Source: Candidatus Bathyarchaeota archaeon | Lineage (GTDB): Archaea > Thermoproteota > Bathyarchaeia > Bathyarchaeales > DTEX01 | Reading direction: 5' to 3' | Length of the DNA: 64,000 nt | NCBI GenBank assembly: GCA_963714275.1 | Contig: CAVQNT010000002.1 | Span: forward strand, 826,883-890,882 | Part shown: piece after piece, positions 38,764 through 48,630 of the stretch | Numbering within the stretch: position 1 is the first letter of the stretch | Layout: each line of letters begins with the position of its first letter | Position numbers and translations under genes: made by a program | Notes under the pieces: model-generated | What the model was told of the DNA's origin: nothing | The model's input: the letters and a program-made list of their open reading frames with translations, nothing else | The model's database searches: none

Positions 38764-39321
38764 TATAGTCCATGTCCGATTCTCTTCCACCAAACAGCCC
38801 TTTTAGTGCTCGGCGACTAATGCTAGTTGAATAGTTGACATACACAATTACACTGAAAGGCTTGAAAGAGCAAAGAAGAGGCTCTTCAAACTTGAGGGCA
38901 GCGAATTATTATTTAACTTCATAGATCATCTAGTCAGCTAGTTCATGTAAAATAAGCAATTTTTTGACGTCTTTTTTGGCAAAGGATTGCATTAAATCTG
39001 CTCTACTTTTGCTGTGGTTTCCGATTTCTAGCTGAGCTATAGTTTAAAGGTAGATACAACATCCTAATAGCCGAAGCTTTCATAGGCTGATTCCGTATAC
39101 ATGGAAAAATTCATCATAATCAGCGACGATGCAGACTACAAACGAATATCCGAAGCCAAAGTCTTAACAGAAAAAGAGTTTATCTCGCACTTAACGTGAC
39201 TTATCCTTTCTTTTAAAAAATCTTACATAAAATAGTGGGTCATGGTTTTTCCTTGAATTGCTGAAGAATCAAGCCTTATAAAACAATAGTAAGTATTCAA
39301 TTGGTTAGAGAGAGATACGAA

Positions 39322-40257
39322 ATGTTTATTAAGATTCTTGTCTGCGACCCCATCGACATTAAGGGCATTGAGAAGCTTAGGCGGGAGGGCTTCGAGGTTG
39401 ACGTTAAGTCCTCAATCAAACAGGCGGAACTCGAAAAAGTCGTTGCAGGTTACAATGCGCTTGTGGTCAGAAGCCGAACCAAGGTAACCAAACAATTATT
39501 GGAGAAAGGAGGACGACTGAAGGTCGTTGGACGGGTCGGATCTGGCGTTGACAACATCGACTCGAAGGCTGCTGAGAAACGTGGAATAGCGGTTTTGAAC
39601 ACGCCTGAGGCTCCGTCTGACTCCGTGGCTGAACTGACCATTGGACTGATATTAGCGATTGCGAGGAGAATCTCGTTCGCTGACCGTTCCATGAAAGACG
39701 GGAAATGGGCAAAAAAAGAGCTGGAAGGCTCATTACTTAACAACAAGACCTTAGGATTGATCGGGCTGGGAAACATCGGAGCCAAGGTTGCGAAGATCGC
39801 GAAAGCCTTGGGCATGAAGATTGTAGTTTTCAAGAGGACTCCGCCAAGTCGGGAGCTGTTTGAGCTGCTGGAGGCTGAGTTTGTTCCGTTGGATGAGCTG
39901 CTTAGGAGAAGCGACGTGGTTTCTGTTCATGTTCCCCTTACTGCTCAGACGGCAGGCATGATCGGAGAGAAGGAGCTAAGTCTCGTGAAGAAGGGAGTGA
40001 TTCTGATTAACACTTCCCGAGGTGGCATCGTGGATGAGGATGCGCTTTTGAAAGCGTTAAAATCTGGAAGACTCGGTGGAGCAGGCTTGGACGTTTTTTG
40101 TGTTGAGCCGTCAAAGAATATTGAGCTCATTCAGTTATCGAATGTTGTTTGCACGCCTCACATTGGGGCTCAGACAAAGGAAGCGCAGAAGGCAGCTTCG
40201 GTTCTATTGGCTGAAAAGATCATACAGTTCTTCAGACAACAATTAAGGAATGTATAG
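39322..40257 (+). CDS. D-isomer-specific 2-hydroxyacid dehydrogenase (SerA/PGDH-like)
   Basis: Contains the NAD motif GLIGLGNIGAKVA and catalytic region (NTSRGGIVDE, TPHIGAQT). The track ORF starts at 39301; the likely start is MFIKILVCDP (39322). Confidence 0.8.
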   Translation: MFIKILVCDPIDIKGIEKLRREGFEVDVKSSIKQAELEKVVAGYNALVVRSRTKVTKQLLEKGGRLKVVGRVGSGVDNIDSKAAEKRGIAVLNTPEAPSDSVAELTIGLILAIARRISFADRSMKDGKWAKKELEGSLLNNKTLGLIGLGNIGAKVAKIAKALGMKIVVFKRTPPSRELFELLEAEFVPLDELLRRSDVVSVHVPLTAQTAGMIGEKELSLVKKGVILINTSRGGIVDEDALLKALKSGRLGGAGLDVFCVEPSKNIELIQLSNVVCTPHIGAQTKEAQKAASVLLAEKIIQFFRQQLRNV

Positions 40258-40335
40258 TCTGCCTTCGCAGGAGTTCGTTACGTTTAAATTGGTTCTGGTA
40301 GAAACAGTTAAGCCATAAACAGGAGTGAACCGTTC

Positions 40336-41603
40336 TTGGTTGAGGTTTGGCTGCCCTACGGAAAAACGGAGGTCTGCGTGAGGATTCCGACCAAAAGTTT
40401 GCTGAAAACAGTTGAGCCAAACAATGTGGGTGCAGCCAAAAATCCTCAGTCCGAACTCGAATCGTCTTTGGCGAACCCTTTGGGGACAAAGCGTTTATCG
40501 GAAACAGCGAAGCCCGAAAGCAAGGTCAGCTATGGTTCTAAGGGACTCGGACACCTCGACCAACCAGATGATAGTTTCCGTCTTGTTGAACGAGCTGAAC
40601 TCTGCGGAAGTAAGAGACGAGGATGTGGCGGTCATCGTTGCTTGTGACCCACTTCGCGACTACCAAACTTGGCAGCAGATGCCGACGTTAGGCGAAAGCC
40701 TTTCTTCAAGAGTCAAGGTTGTTCGTCATGACCCTAAGGGCATGGAGCATGTTAATGTGGGGCGAACTTCTCGGGGAACGGATGTTTTTCTGAACAAAGC
40801 GTTCGTTGAGGCTGACTTAAAAATCGTGGCAGGAGCTGTGGAGCCACATCCTTTCGCTGGCTACAGTGGTGGAGCAGAACTGGTTTTACCAGGCGTATCG
40901 GGCATTGAGTCGATTCGTAAAAATTTTCTTTTAGCGTTGGATAAGAAGGTGGAACGTGGAAACATCGAAGGTAACCCAGTTTATGAGGACATGGTTGAGG
41001 CTGCTGGGCTTGCTGAGGTGGATTTTTGTTTAAACGTGGTTAGGAATGGCGGTTTAGAGGTGGTTAAAGCCTTCGCTGGCGACATTGAGGGTTCTTTTGG
41101 GGAAGCAGTTAAGCTCGTGAATGGGGTGTGCAGCGTTCCTGTTGACAGTCGGGCTGACGTTGTTTTTATTAGTCCAGGCGGTTTCCCATTTGACGGAAGT
41201 CTTTTCGAGTCTTTGAAGTGCTTGGATGTTGCTGAGGAACTGGTAAAAAGGGGTAAGTCTGTGGTTTTGGTCGCGGAGTGTGCTCATGGGCTTGGAGACA
41301 GAGAGTTTGTTGAGGCGGTATCAAGGCGCGATAATCTTAAGGCTTTGGAGAAGGAGGCTGAAGAGAAACTTCAGCGTCGGCAGGCTTGTGGCTTACCGTC
41401 TTTTAACCGCTGCCCAGAACGCCAGGTTATTCTTTGTTTCGGTTGTGCCCGACTACCTTGTCACTCAGGTTCACGGCGTGAAAGGCGCGAGGACGGCTAA
41501 TGAGGCTTACCGTTACGCTTCTGACGCTGCTGGGAAGAACGGGAAGGCTTCGTTTGTTCCGTACGGAAACTTGACTGTGCCCCAAATTAAGACCGTGGAA
41601 TGA
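40336..41603 (+). pseudogene. larA: LarA-like nickel-pincer-dependent 2-hydroxyacid racemase (DUF2088), two frameshifts
   Basis: Contains PHPFAGYSGG and other family motifs. Three track ORFs are joined at about 40525-40531 (gtcagct) and about 41370-41385. Confidence 0.7.
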
Positions 41604-41670
41604 TTACTTTTTTGGGAAAAAGATAAATCTGTCAGCGTGCCTTTTTTAGAGAAAAAAATAAACCTTTAAG

Positions 41671-42168
41671 ATGGGTCTTGGCGTGTTGTCTCAGTATGTC
41701 CTAAGAAAGTTTGAACCGAAGGACTTGCATCAGGTAATCCGCATAAACCAGGTTTGCCTGCCTGAGAATTACTCTAACGGGTTCTTTATTGAGCTTTTCG
41801 AGAAGTTTCCTGACACTTTCATCGTGGCTGAGAAAGACGGAATAATCATTGGCTATGTGCTGTGCAGGATCGAAAGCGGATTTTCGGGTATGAGTTTGAA
41901 GACTCTCGGCATCGCAAAAAAGGGGCACATCATCTCGATCGCTGTGTTGCCTGAGAACCGTAACATCGGCGTGGGATATGCTTTGGCTGATGAGGCTTTG
42001 CGTGCCATGTCGGCGTCTTATGAGGCGAAAAGCTGCTACCTCGAAGTCAGGGTAAGCAATGACGTTGCGCTGAGCCTTTACAAGCGAACAGGGTTCGAGG
42101 TTGAAAGAACCATAAGAGAATACTACTCAAACGGCGAAGACGCCTACATAATGAGCAAAAAAATTTGA
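41671..42168 (+). CDS. GNAT N-acetyltransferase (RimI/Ard1-like N-alpha-acetyltransferase)
   Basis: 165 aa with the acetyl-CoA motif (IAVLPENRNIGVGYAL) and typical length. Confidence 0.75.
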   Translation: MGLGVLSQYVLRKFEPKDLHQVIRINQVCLPENYSNGFFIELFEKFPDTFIVAEKDGIIIGYVLCRIESGFSGMSLKTLGIAKKGHIISIAVLPENRNIGVGYALADEALRAMSASYEAKSCYLEVRVSNDVALSLYKRTGFEVERTIREYYSNGEDAYIMSKKI

Positions 42169-42247
42169 GCAAAGAACGGCGCCAGACTCCGCTTGGCAAA
42201 TTTTTTTTGTTTACTGAATCTGTGGGATTGTTGATTCAGGTGTCCAA

Positions 42248-42279
42248 GTCTGGTCTGATTTGTGTGACATCTGTTTTTA
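42248..42279 (+). repeat. Conserved intergenic motif copy A (gtctggtctgatttgtgtgacatc...)
   Basis: 24/24 with one mismatch to 55129-55152, about 29/32 over the extension. A related core tttgtgtgaca recurs at 42285-42295 and, on the minus strand, at 50167-50177. Confidence 0.7.
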
Positions 42280-42375
42280 TTTTTTTTGTGTGACAAACCG
42301 CAGTCTGTAAAAACTTGTTAATAATGGAAAACAAGGACTCTGCAATCTTAGAACTGTAAGGTTATTATTTGGTAT

Positions 42376-43197
42376 TTAATTTGCTGCGGCTTCGGTTTCT
42401 TCTTCAGTGTAGGTTCGCAGCCTGTTCATAAGTTCGCGGAAGTCAACTTGGTGCGCGTCGAATTCGGGACCGTCCACGCACGCGAATTTTGTTTCCCCGC
42501 CAACCGTGATTCTGCATCCGCCGCACATCCCGGTTCCGTCAACCATAATCGGGTTCAAGCTAACAACCGTTTTTACTTTGAACGGACGGGTAACCTCGGC
42601 GACCGCACGCATCATAGGCACTGGTCCAGCAGCCATGACGAGGTCGATTTTTTTGCCCTTTTCTAGGAGACTTTTCAGAACGTCGGCAGTGAAGCCTTTT
42701 AACCCCTTTGTTCCGTCGTCGGTTGAGACGTGAAGCTCGTCGCTTAGGCTCCGTGACTCCTCCTCCAACAGCAGAAGGTTGACGTTTCTGGCTCCAAGAA
42801 TCGTAATTACGCGATTTCCAGCCTCCTTCAACGCTTTGACCCACGGGTAAATCAGCGCCATTCCCACCCCGCCACCTACCACGGCAACCTCGCCGTACTT
42901 TTCTGCATTAGTGGGGTTGCCTAGGGGACCAACAATGTCCATGATGGTGTCGCCGATGTTGAGGTTTCCCAGCTTCTTGGTGGATGCTCCTACCTCCTGA
43001 AGAATGAGGACGATTGTGCCTTCCTTCGGGTTCCAGTCCACAAGTGTAAGGGGGAACCTTTCGCCTCGTTCGTCAATCCTGAGAATCACGAACTGCCCTG
43101 CGTGAGCCTTCTTCGCAATGAGAGGCGCGGAAACCACTAGGCGTTTGATGCCTGGCGCCAACGAGTCTTTTTTCAGAATCTGGAATTTCTGTGCCAT
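42376..43197 (-). CDS. Ferredoxin-NADP(+) reductase-type flavoprotein small subunit (NfnA/SudB/PyrK-like)
   Basis: Contains the FAD/NAD-binding core (GQFVILRI, VVGGGVGMA) and a C-terminal 2Fe-2S motif (GTGMCGGCR...FACVDGP). The track ORF starts at 43218. Confidence 0.75.
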   Translation of the reverse strand: MAQKFQILKKDSLAPGIKRLVVSAPLIAKKAHAGQFVILRIDERGERFPLTLVDWNPKEGTIVLILQEVGASTKKLGNLNIGDTIMDIVGPLGNPTNAEKYGEVAVVGGGVGMALIYPWVKALKEAGNRVITILGARNVNLLLLEEESRSLSDELHVSTDDGTKGLKGFTADVLKSLLEKGKKIDLVMAAGPVPMMRAVAEVTRPFKVKTVVSLNPIMVDGTGMCGGCRITVGGETKFACVDGPEFDAHQVDFRELMNRLRTYTEEETEAAAN

Positions 43198-43388
43198 AAA
43201 AGGTCCTCCACATTGCATTATGCGGGTCGAGTGTAATAGCGGAAATAATCATATAAACGTTATGAGACAAACTAGTCAGCTCACGTCCATACGTTCGACG
43301 CCCACAATTTCAAAAATAGTTATATCAAGGGCAAAAAATTTTATGTTATCAGACCTTCATAGCATAAAATTGGTTAGGGCGACTGTTT

Positions 43389-43799
43389 ATGGCGGAAGAC
43401 GAGGAACTTGCGGAACTGAGACGCAAAAAGCTTGAAGACTTGATGCGCCAAAAACAGGAGGAACCCGTTTCTCCAACAACGAGCGCAACAGTTGAGGTTA
43501 CTGACCAGAATTTCGCCAAAACAGTAAGCAAAGAAGGCTTAGTAGTGATCGACTGCTGGGCAATCTGGTGTTCACCGTGCCGCATGTTAAGCCCAATCAT
43601 TGAGGAGCTCGCGAAGGACTACGTTGGAAAAATAGTTTTTGGTAAGCTGAACGTGGACGAAAACCGCGACGTTGCCCTTGAGTACCAGATAATGAGCATA
43701 CCCACAATTCTGGTTTTTAAGAACGGAACCCTCGTGGACCGAATCGTAGGCGTCATGCCCAGAAGGCTTCTGGAACCAAAGATAACCCAGCACCTTTAG
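43389..43799 (+). CDS. trxA: Thioredoxin with N-terminal charged extension
   Basis: Active site WAIWCSPC and the thioredoxin fold pattern (LNVDEN, SIPTILVFKNG). Confidence 0.85.
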   Translation: MAEDEELAELRRKKLEDLMRQKQEEPVSPTTSATVEVTDQNFAKTVSKEGLVVIDCWAIWCSPCRMLSPIIEELAKDYVGKIVFGKLNVDENRDVALEYQIMSIPTILVFKNGTLVDRIVGVMPRRLLEPKITQHL

Positions 43800-43802
43800 C
43801 CT

Positions 43803-44651
43803 TCATGGCTTTCGCGGAAGGATTTTCGCAGCCTCATTTGCCACTAGACCAATCTCTTCAGGCGCAAGCTCCCTCGGTCTTCTGGTGTGAAAAGGAAAAG
43901 TGTCCGCCAGCCTAAGAGCCTCGGTTTTTGGAACCCCATATTTGCCTATTAACGGTAGAACAGCGTTCCTCAGCTTCTTGTTCTTCTGCGTAAAAATGAC
44001 CCTTACAACCTCGGAGAAGAAGCCTTCATCGTCAACCTGGAAAGGAGGCTTTTTAGGCTTTAAGCGGACAATCCTCGAATCCACGTTTGGCGAAGGCCAA
44101 AAACGGTCCTTGGGGATTTGGTCCAGAAGCTCAACTTCAGAACGGTAATACGTTGTAACGGTCAGCCTTCCATAGTCGCTGGATCCAACTGGGGCTGCCA
44201 ACCGTTCAGCGAACTCTTCTTGGAAAGAAAGGACTGCTAACTCGTATTTTGTATCTAGAAGCCAAAAAAGAATCGGCGATGAAATAGAGTATGGAGGCGT
44301 GGAAACAACTTTCTCAAAGCCTTGAATACTGAGCTTCAAAACGTCGCTCTCAATCAAGGCAACATTTACTCGGTTTCTCATCCTTTCTCTTAAAACCTGC
44401 ATCAGCCTCGGGTCTACCTCGACGGCTATGACTTTTCCAGCCTTTTCTGCGAGATGTTCGGTGAGAGAACCTAATCCAGCTCCTATCTCAAGCACTATGT
44501 CCTTTTTGTTTAAGGAAGCGTGTAAAACCATCTTCTGTAAGGCGTCTCTGTCTACAAGGAAGCTCTGACCTAAACGTTTCCTCGGCACAATCCCGTGAGC
44601 CCTCAGAATTCTTCTGGTTTCATCCTTAAGGTTCATCGTGGTCTCCGTCAC
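43803..44651 (-). CDS. rsmA: 16S rRNA (adenine1518/1519-N6)-dimethyltransferase (KsgA/Dim1)
   Basis: Contains GQSFLVD, LEIGAGLGSLT and TPPYSISSP motifs. Confidence 0.9.
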   Translation of the reverse strand: MTETTMNLKDETRRILRAHGIVPRKRLGQSFLVDRDALQKMVLHASLNKKDIVLEIGAGLGSLTEHLAEKAGKVIAVEVDPRLMQVLRERMRNRVNVALIESDVLKLSIQGFEKVVSTPPYSISSPILFWLLDTKYELAVLSFQEEFAERLAAPVGSSDYGRLTVTTYYRSEVELLDQIPKDRFWPSPNVDSRIVRLKPKKPPFQVDDEGFFSEVVRVIFTQKNKKLRNAVLPLIGKYGVPKTEALRLADTFPFHTRRPRELAPEEIGLVANEAAKILPRKP

Positions 44652-44739
44652 CCCGCAATCCTTACTAAGCCTAAATTAAATGTTCGTTGTTGAATTATTT
44701 GGTTGGAAATGTAGACAGAAGGGAAAAAAACTTCGACAT

Positions 44740-45339
44740 TTAAGATGAACGGGTGAACAGGCGGTATTTGGTGTCGCTTGAAAGCTCCTCAATGACCCTT
44801 TTAACGATCAGTTTAGCTGGGCTGGGAATGCTAACTCGGTTCTGCAGATCCTCGAAGCTTTCGTAGGGCTTCTTTTCTCTGTTGTTCAGGATGTCCCACA
44901 TGTATTTTTTCCCGATTCCTGGTATCAGTTCCAACGCGTGCATCCTCGGCGTTATCGGTTGGGCGTTGTTGAAAAAGTTCACGAACCACTTTTCTCGGTC
45001 AAGCGCAATCTTTTCGATGGCGGTCTCGAGATCCATCCTCGCGTTCGCTGTCAACTCGTCGTACCCGACTCGTCCAAGAATGTACGTAATGTCGTGGCGG
45101 GAATTCTTGCCCACGTAAACCTTGTCCAGCGGTCTAAGCGTGACTCCTGCTCTGACGTTCGCTTCGAGAAGCGTGAAATAGTGAGTTCCCACTACTTGAA
45201 CCACGGCTCCCGCCCGAAACTTGCCTTTAGTTCCAGGCTTGCCGAACAGCAAAAAATCCAGAATGTACGCGTTTTCCTCGTAAAGCTGCCGAGATTCTCT
45301 TTCTTCCAACTCTTGCCTTTCCCCCATTCGTTCCTTCAT
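44740..45339 (-). CDS. DUF655 family protein (HhH-containing, RNA/DNA-binding)
   Basis: 199 aa in the conserved archaeal neighbourhood rpoF-rpl21e-...-DUF655-ksgA. Confidence 0.65.
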   Translation of the reverse strand: MKERMGERQELEERESRQLYEENAYILDFLLFGKPGTKGKFRAGAVVQVVGTHYFTLLEANVRAGVTLRPLDKVYVGKNSRHDITYILGRVGYDELTANARMDLETAIEKIALDREKWFVNFFNNAQPITPRMHALELIPGIGKKYMWDILNNREKKPYESFEDLQNRVSIPSPAKLIVKRVIEELSSDTKYRLFTRSS

Positions 45340-45568
45340 GTCAGGTGAATAGAACTTTGCAAAAAAACAATGTGCAATCCATGTTACGTTTTTTTGACCT
45401 TTATGCGTTGAACGGAAAAGACGGGATGAACGGAAGAAACATGACTTTCAGTAAGGGATGACAAGCAGAAATCGAAGATGAGAACATGTTCTGTCTGCAT
45501 ACTTAAACCTCACCAAGCAACATAGCATTACGTTTAAAAGGCTAATAACCTTTTTCTTTCCCCTAAGC

Positions 45569-45916
45569 TTAGGCTTCCTTCTTTTTTCTGTACTTGCCCA
45601 AAAGATTCAGAATCGATTCCAGCTTTGATGTTTCCACAATTTTCCGTCCGCCAGCGAGAAAAACCCGCAGTTCGCCAACAGTCTCAGGCATGCAGTTTAC
45701 TATCTGAACCGCCTCTTCGTCGTCCATCATCCCAGTTTCCTTGAGTTCAGCCAGAAGCTTCTCAGCGGACGCGGAATCAATCTTCGAAAACTTCGCTGCG
45801 TAATCCAAAGACCTCCGCTGGAACTGGTCCAAGTTTTCTTCGCCTAAGGATTCAAGTAAAGCCTTAACCTGAGGCGTCGTAACGGTTTGAGTTTTTGTTA
45901 CTTTTTTGTTCGACAA
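45569..45916 (-). CDS. rpoF: DNA-directed RNA polymerase subunit F (Rpo4)
   Basis: 115 aa with an HRDC-like pattern, adjacent to rpl21e as in most archaea. Confidence 0.75.
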   Translation of the reverse strand: MSNKKVTKTQTVTTPQVKALLESLGEENLDQFQRRSLDYAAKFSKIDSASAEKLLAELKETGMMDDEEAVQIVNCMPETVGELRVFLAGGRKIVETSKLESILNLLGKYRKKKEA

Positions 45917-45919
45917 ATT

Positions 45920-46216
45920 TTATTCCTCGCTGTAACTTTTCAGATGTTCAGGTCGAATAATCAATTCCTTGACAGCGTCTCCCAGAGTGACGCTAACCTC
46001 GTAGGACCTTCCTCTCTTGGACCGTACGACTCCTATCCTTCCTTGGTACCTGTGGTGCGGCATGCCCTTGTGGACGCTTGAGTCTATGCTGATGACTACT
46101 TTGTCGCCTGGCTCATACTTCTTAAGCAGCTTGCTAAGTCCAAGTTTACCACTTTCTCTAGGCTTTTTGGTCAACAGGGCACGAGTCTTTTTTCGGAATC
46201 CTTGAGATTTCGGCAT
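45920..46216 (-). CDS. rpl21e: 50S ribosomal protein L21e
   Basis: 98 aa; MPKSQGFRKKTR...HHRYQGRIGVV is typical of L21e. Confidence 0.9.
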   Translation of the reverse strand: MPKSQGFRKKTRALLTKKPRESGKLGLSKLLKKYEPGDKVVISIDSSVHKGMPHHRYQGRIGVVRSKRGRSYEVSVTLGDAVKELIIRPEHLKSYSEE

Positions 46217-46225
46217 TTACGTTCA

Positions 46226-47551
46226 TCAACCTTTTATCGAGACGCTTAATACGTCAAGTTCAAGGGGCTCAGCCTTCGCGTCGACGATTTTCGACACGTT
46301 CGGTTCTGTGCGTCCTCCGTCCCCTGTAACGAGTTCCTTGACGTAGAGTCCTCCTTGGCATCGAACCTTCATTTCGACGCTGTTCGGGGAGATTCTCTTT
46401 ACCGTGGTCTCATATATGTGTTTTTCTCGAGTCTTATCAGCCCTTCTACGTAACACGCGTGTCGGAGTCTGCTGAAAAACTTTAACTCCTGACAGGGAAC
46501 GCGCAATTTTCTCGATCTCGTCGTCTGAAACATCCCTGTCGAAACGCACCGTGACCCTGTACGTCTTCTTGGCTGCCTCCAAATGCTTCAGAGCCCTAAT
46601 CATATCTTTGTCCACTTTTTTTAGGCTTGAGACCTTGATTTTTCCGTCAGCCCGCTTGTTTATGGCTTGGGCAAGCTCCTTAAGGTCTATCTCACGTTTG
46701 CGCGGTCGTTTGACTTGAACGATGAACGGTCTCCCTTTCCCCAGCATACGGGCGTCAGCGTCCTCCCTGCCTGCTCCGTGAAAAGAAGCGCCCTCGCCGC
46801 GAACCGTCTCTACCGTTGGACCAGCGACCAGCTCCTCAACCGATTCAGGATGCAACCTCCCCCTGAAGCCGCATTCGGCACATCCTTTGCCTCTGCATTT
46901 GGGGCAGAACCATTTTGACTGCGGAATCCCGCGTACAAGCTTCTGGTATTTTCCCATCACGAAAAGCGGGTTCACCTGAAGCTGAATGTCGCCTGCTAAG
47001 GGGTTGACAAGAACGACTATTTGGGGATTCAGGAAGTCCACGGTTTTCCCTGTTCTGTCTGAAAGCATTTTCCCGAATTCTCGGCTTATCTCGTTCCTGA
47101 AGTTTTCGCCGTGTTGAACCTCGAATTGTGCTTTGAACTCGTCTTCCCTCTCCTCGGCTTCATGAGGTAATTTGACGCCGACCAGAAAAGTGTCGTGCTC
47201 GTAGCCTTGAAGCTTCTCAGCAGCTTTCGCAACAAGGGACGGCAAGGATTCGAAACAGCCTTCGCACAGAAAACACTTTTTCGCTTGTTTGGGTCTTCGT
47301 TTAAGTTTCCTAAGTATCTCAGCTGCCATGGGAAAGGAACCATTTTCAGCTAGAATTCTTAGAAGCGAAACGCCTTCCTTGTTTTTTTGAAGAGCCAAGT
47401 GATGCCCCTTCATCGTGAGAAACAGCTTTATTGTTCTTCCACGTTCTTGGTTGTCGATGCCGAAGCCTAGGAACGCAAACTGCCTGCCTAAACAATGGTC
47501 GCATAAAGGATGTTTCTCAAGCATCATCCGAGCCTTTTCGTTGATTTCCAT
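46226..47551 (-). CDS. pus10: tRNA pseudouridine(54/55) synthase Pus10
   Basis: Contains the N-terminal Zn motif CDHCLGRQF, a second CPKCRGKGCAECG and a C-terminal PsiS catalytic domain. The likely start is Met at 47551 (track ORF to 47650). Confidence 0.85.
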   Translation of the reverse strand: MEINEKARMMLEKHPLCDHCLGRQFAFLGFGIDNQERGRTIKLFLTMKGHHLALQKNKEGVSLLRILAENGSFPMAAEILRKLKRRPKQAKKCFLCEGCFESLPSLVAKAAEKLQGYEHDTFLVGVKLPHEAEEREDEFKAQFEVQHGENFRNEISREFGKMLSDRTGKTVDFLNPQIVVLVNPLAGDIQLQVNPLFVMGKYQKLVRGIPQSKWFCPKCRGKGCAECGFRGRLHPESVEELVAGPTVETVRGEGASFHGAGREDADARMLGKGRPFIVQVKRPRKREIDLKELAQAINKRADGKIKVSSLKKVDKDMIRALKHLEAAKKTYRVTVRFDRDVSDDEIEKIARSLSGVKVFQQTPTRVLRRRADKTREKHIYETTVKRISPNSVEMKVRCQGGLYVKELVTGDGGRTEPNVSKIVDAKAEPLELDVLSVSIKG

Positions 47552-47625
47552 GCCCAAAATTTCACCGACACGTCCCAAATGCCCAAAGCATGTTTCGCTG
47601 AATTTTCGAAGTATGATTAATCGGG

Positions 47626-48577
47626 ATGATTTATATTTGTATATCTCCACAAAACTTAAGGCGGCGAGTAGAATTGAGGATTACACGTTACGTTCACCGA
47701 GGAGCAGAATCCTACGGCGTTATCCAAAGAAACGATAAGATTGCGGACCTTCCCAAACTTGGCAAAATTCAGGGAAAAACTGTTCCACCAACAATCGATG
47801 GACTCATCTCTCAAGGTTCAGCAGCGGAAAATCTTGTCAAAGAAATTTTGGACAGTGCCCCGAAAAGCCAAAACAAAAAATTCCTTCTTGAAAAAGACGC
47901 GGTTAAATTGAAGGCGCCAGTCATTTCTCCGCCTAAGATTATTTGTTTGGGGGTTAACTACAGGGACCACGCTGAAGAGGCAGAAGCCACTCTTCCAGAA
48001 GAACCCATAATTTTCATGAAGCCGAGAACAGCCTTGATAAGCCCCGAAGAACCCGTGAGAAAACCACGTTTTGTCCGAAAGTCTGGATTACGAAGTTGAA
48101 CTCGCAGTAATCATAGGCAAAACAGGAAAGAACATTCCAACCTCAAAGGCGCATGAACACGTTTTCGGATACACAGTTTTCGACGACATTTCAGCGCGGG
48201 ACATACAGTTCAAGGACGGTCAGTGGACGAGGGGAAAAAGCTTCGACACCTTCGCTCCTTTCGGACCCTGCATCACGACATCTGACCAGATTGGCGACCC
48301 GAACAATCTCCGTCTGTGGACTCGGGTGAACGGCGATACGAGGCAAAACTCTTCGACAAAAAATATGTTGTTCAACGTTTACGAAATCGTTCATCACCTA
48401 AGCCGAGTGATGACCCTTGAACCGTGCGACATAATAGCGACTGGGACACCGGCAGGCGTGGCAGCTTTCATGAAGCCGATACCTAAGTTCCTTGAGCCGG
48501 GCGACGTCGTAGAGGTGGAAGTCGAAAACATCGGAACCCTCAGAAACCCCATAACCGAAGATGCTGCAGCAACGTGA
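47626..48577 (+). pseudogene. Fumarylacetoacetate hydrolase (FAH) family protein, one frameshift
   Basis: Contains PKIICLGVNY, LDYEVELAVIIGK and GTPAGV. The frame change is near 48060-48075 (aaaa/tttt runs). The start is uncertain. Confidence 0.75.
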
Positions 48578-48630
48578 GGGCTTTGAAGATCTAAATTTTA
48601 AATAAAGATGCGGTTATTCTTTTCTTTCAA

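Noticed and set aside
38581-38793. 70-aa minus-strand ORF
   Set aside because: It overlaps tRNA-Thr (38688-38763) on the opposite strand, so it is an artefact of the GC-rich tRNA sequence.
39029-39042. tagctgagctatag (39029-39042) resembling tagctcagctatag (49906-49919) near two tRNA genes
   Set aside because: A 13-14-nt near-match is expected many times by chance among all position pairs in 64 kb. There is no extended similarity on either side.
45481-45492. 12-nt perfect palindrome agaacatgttct between rpoF and the DUF655 gene
   Set aside because: By rough estimate, about 15 perfect 12-nt palindromes are expected by chance in 64 kb. There is no second copy or other supporting feature.
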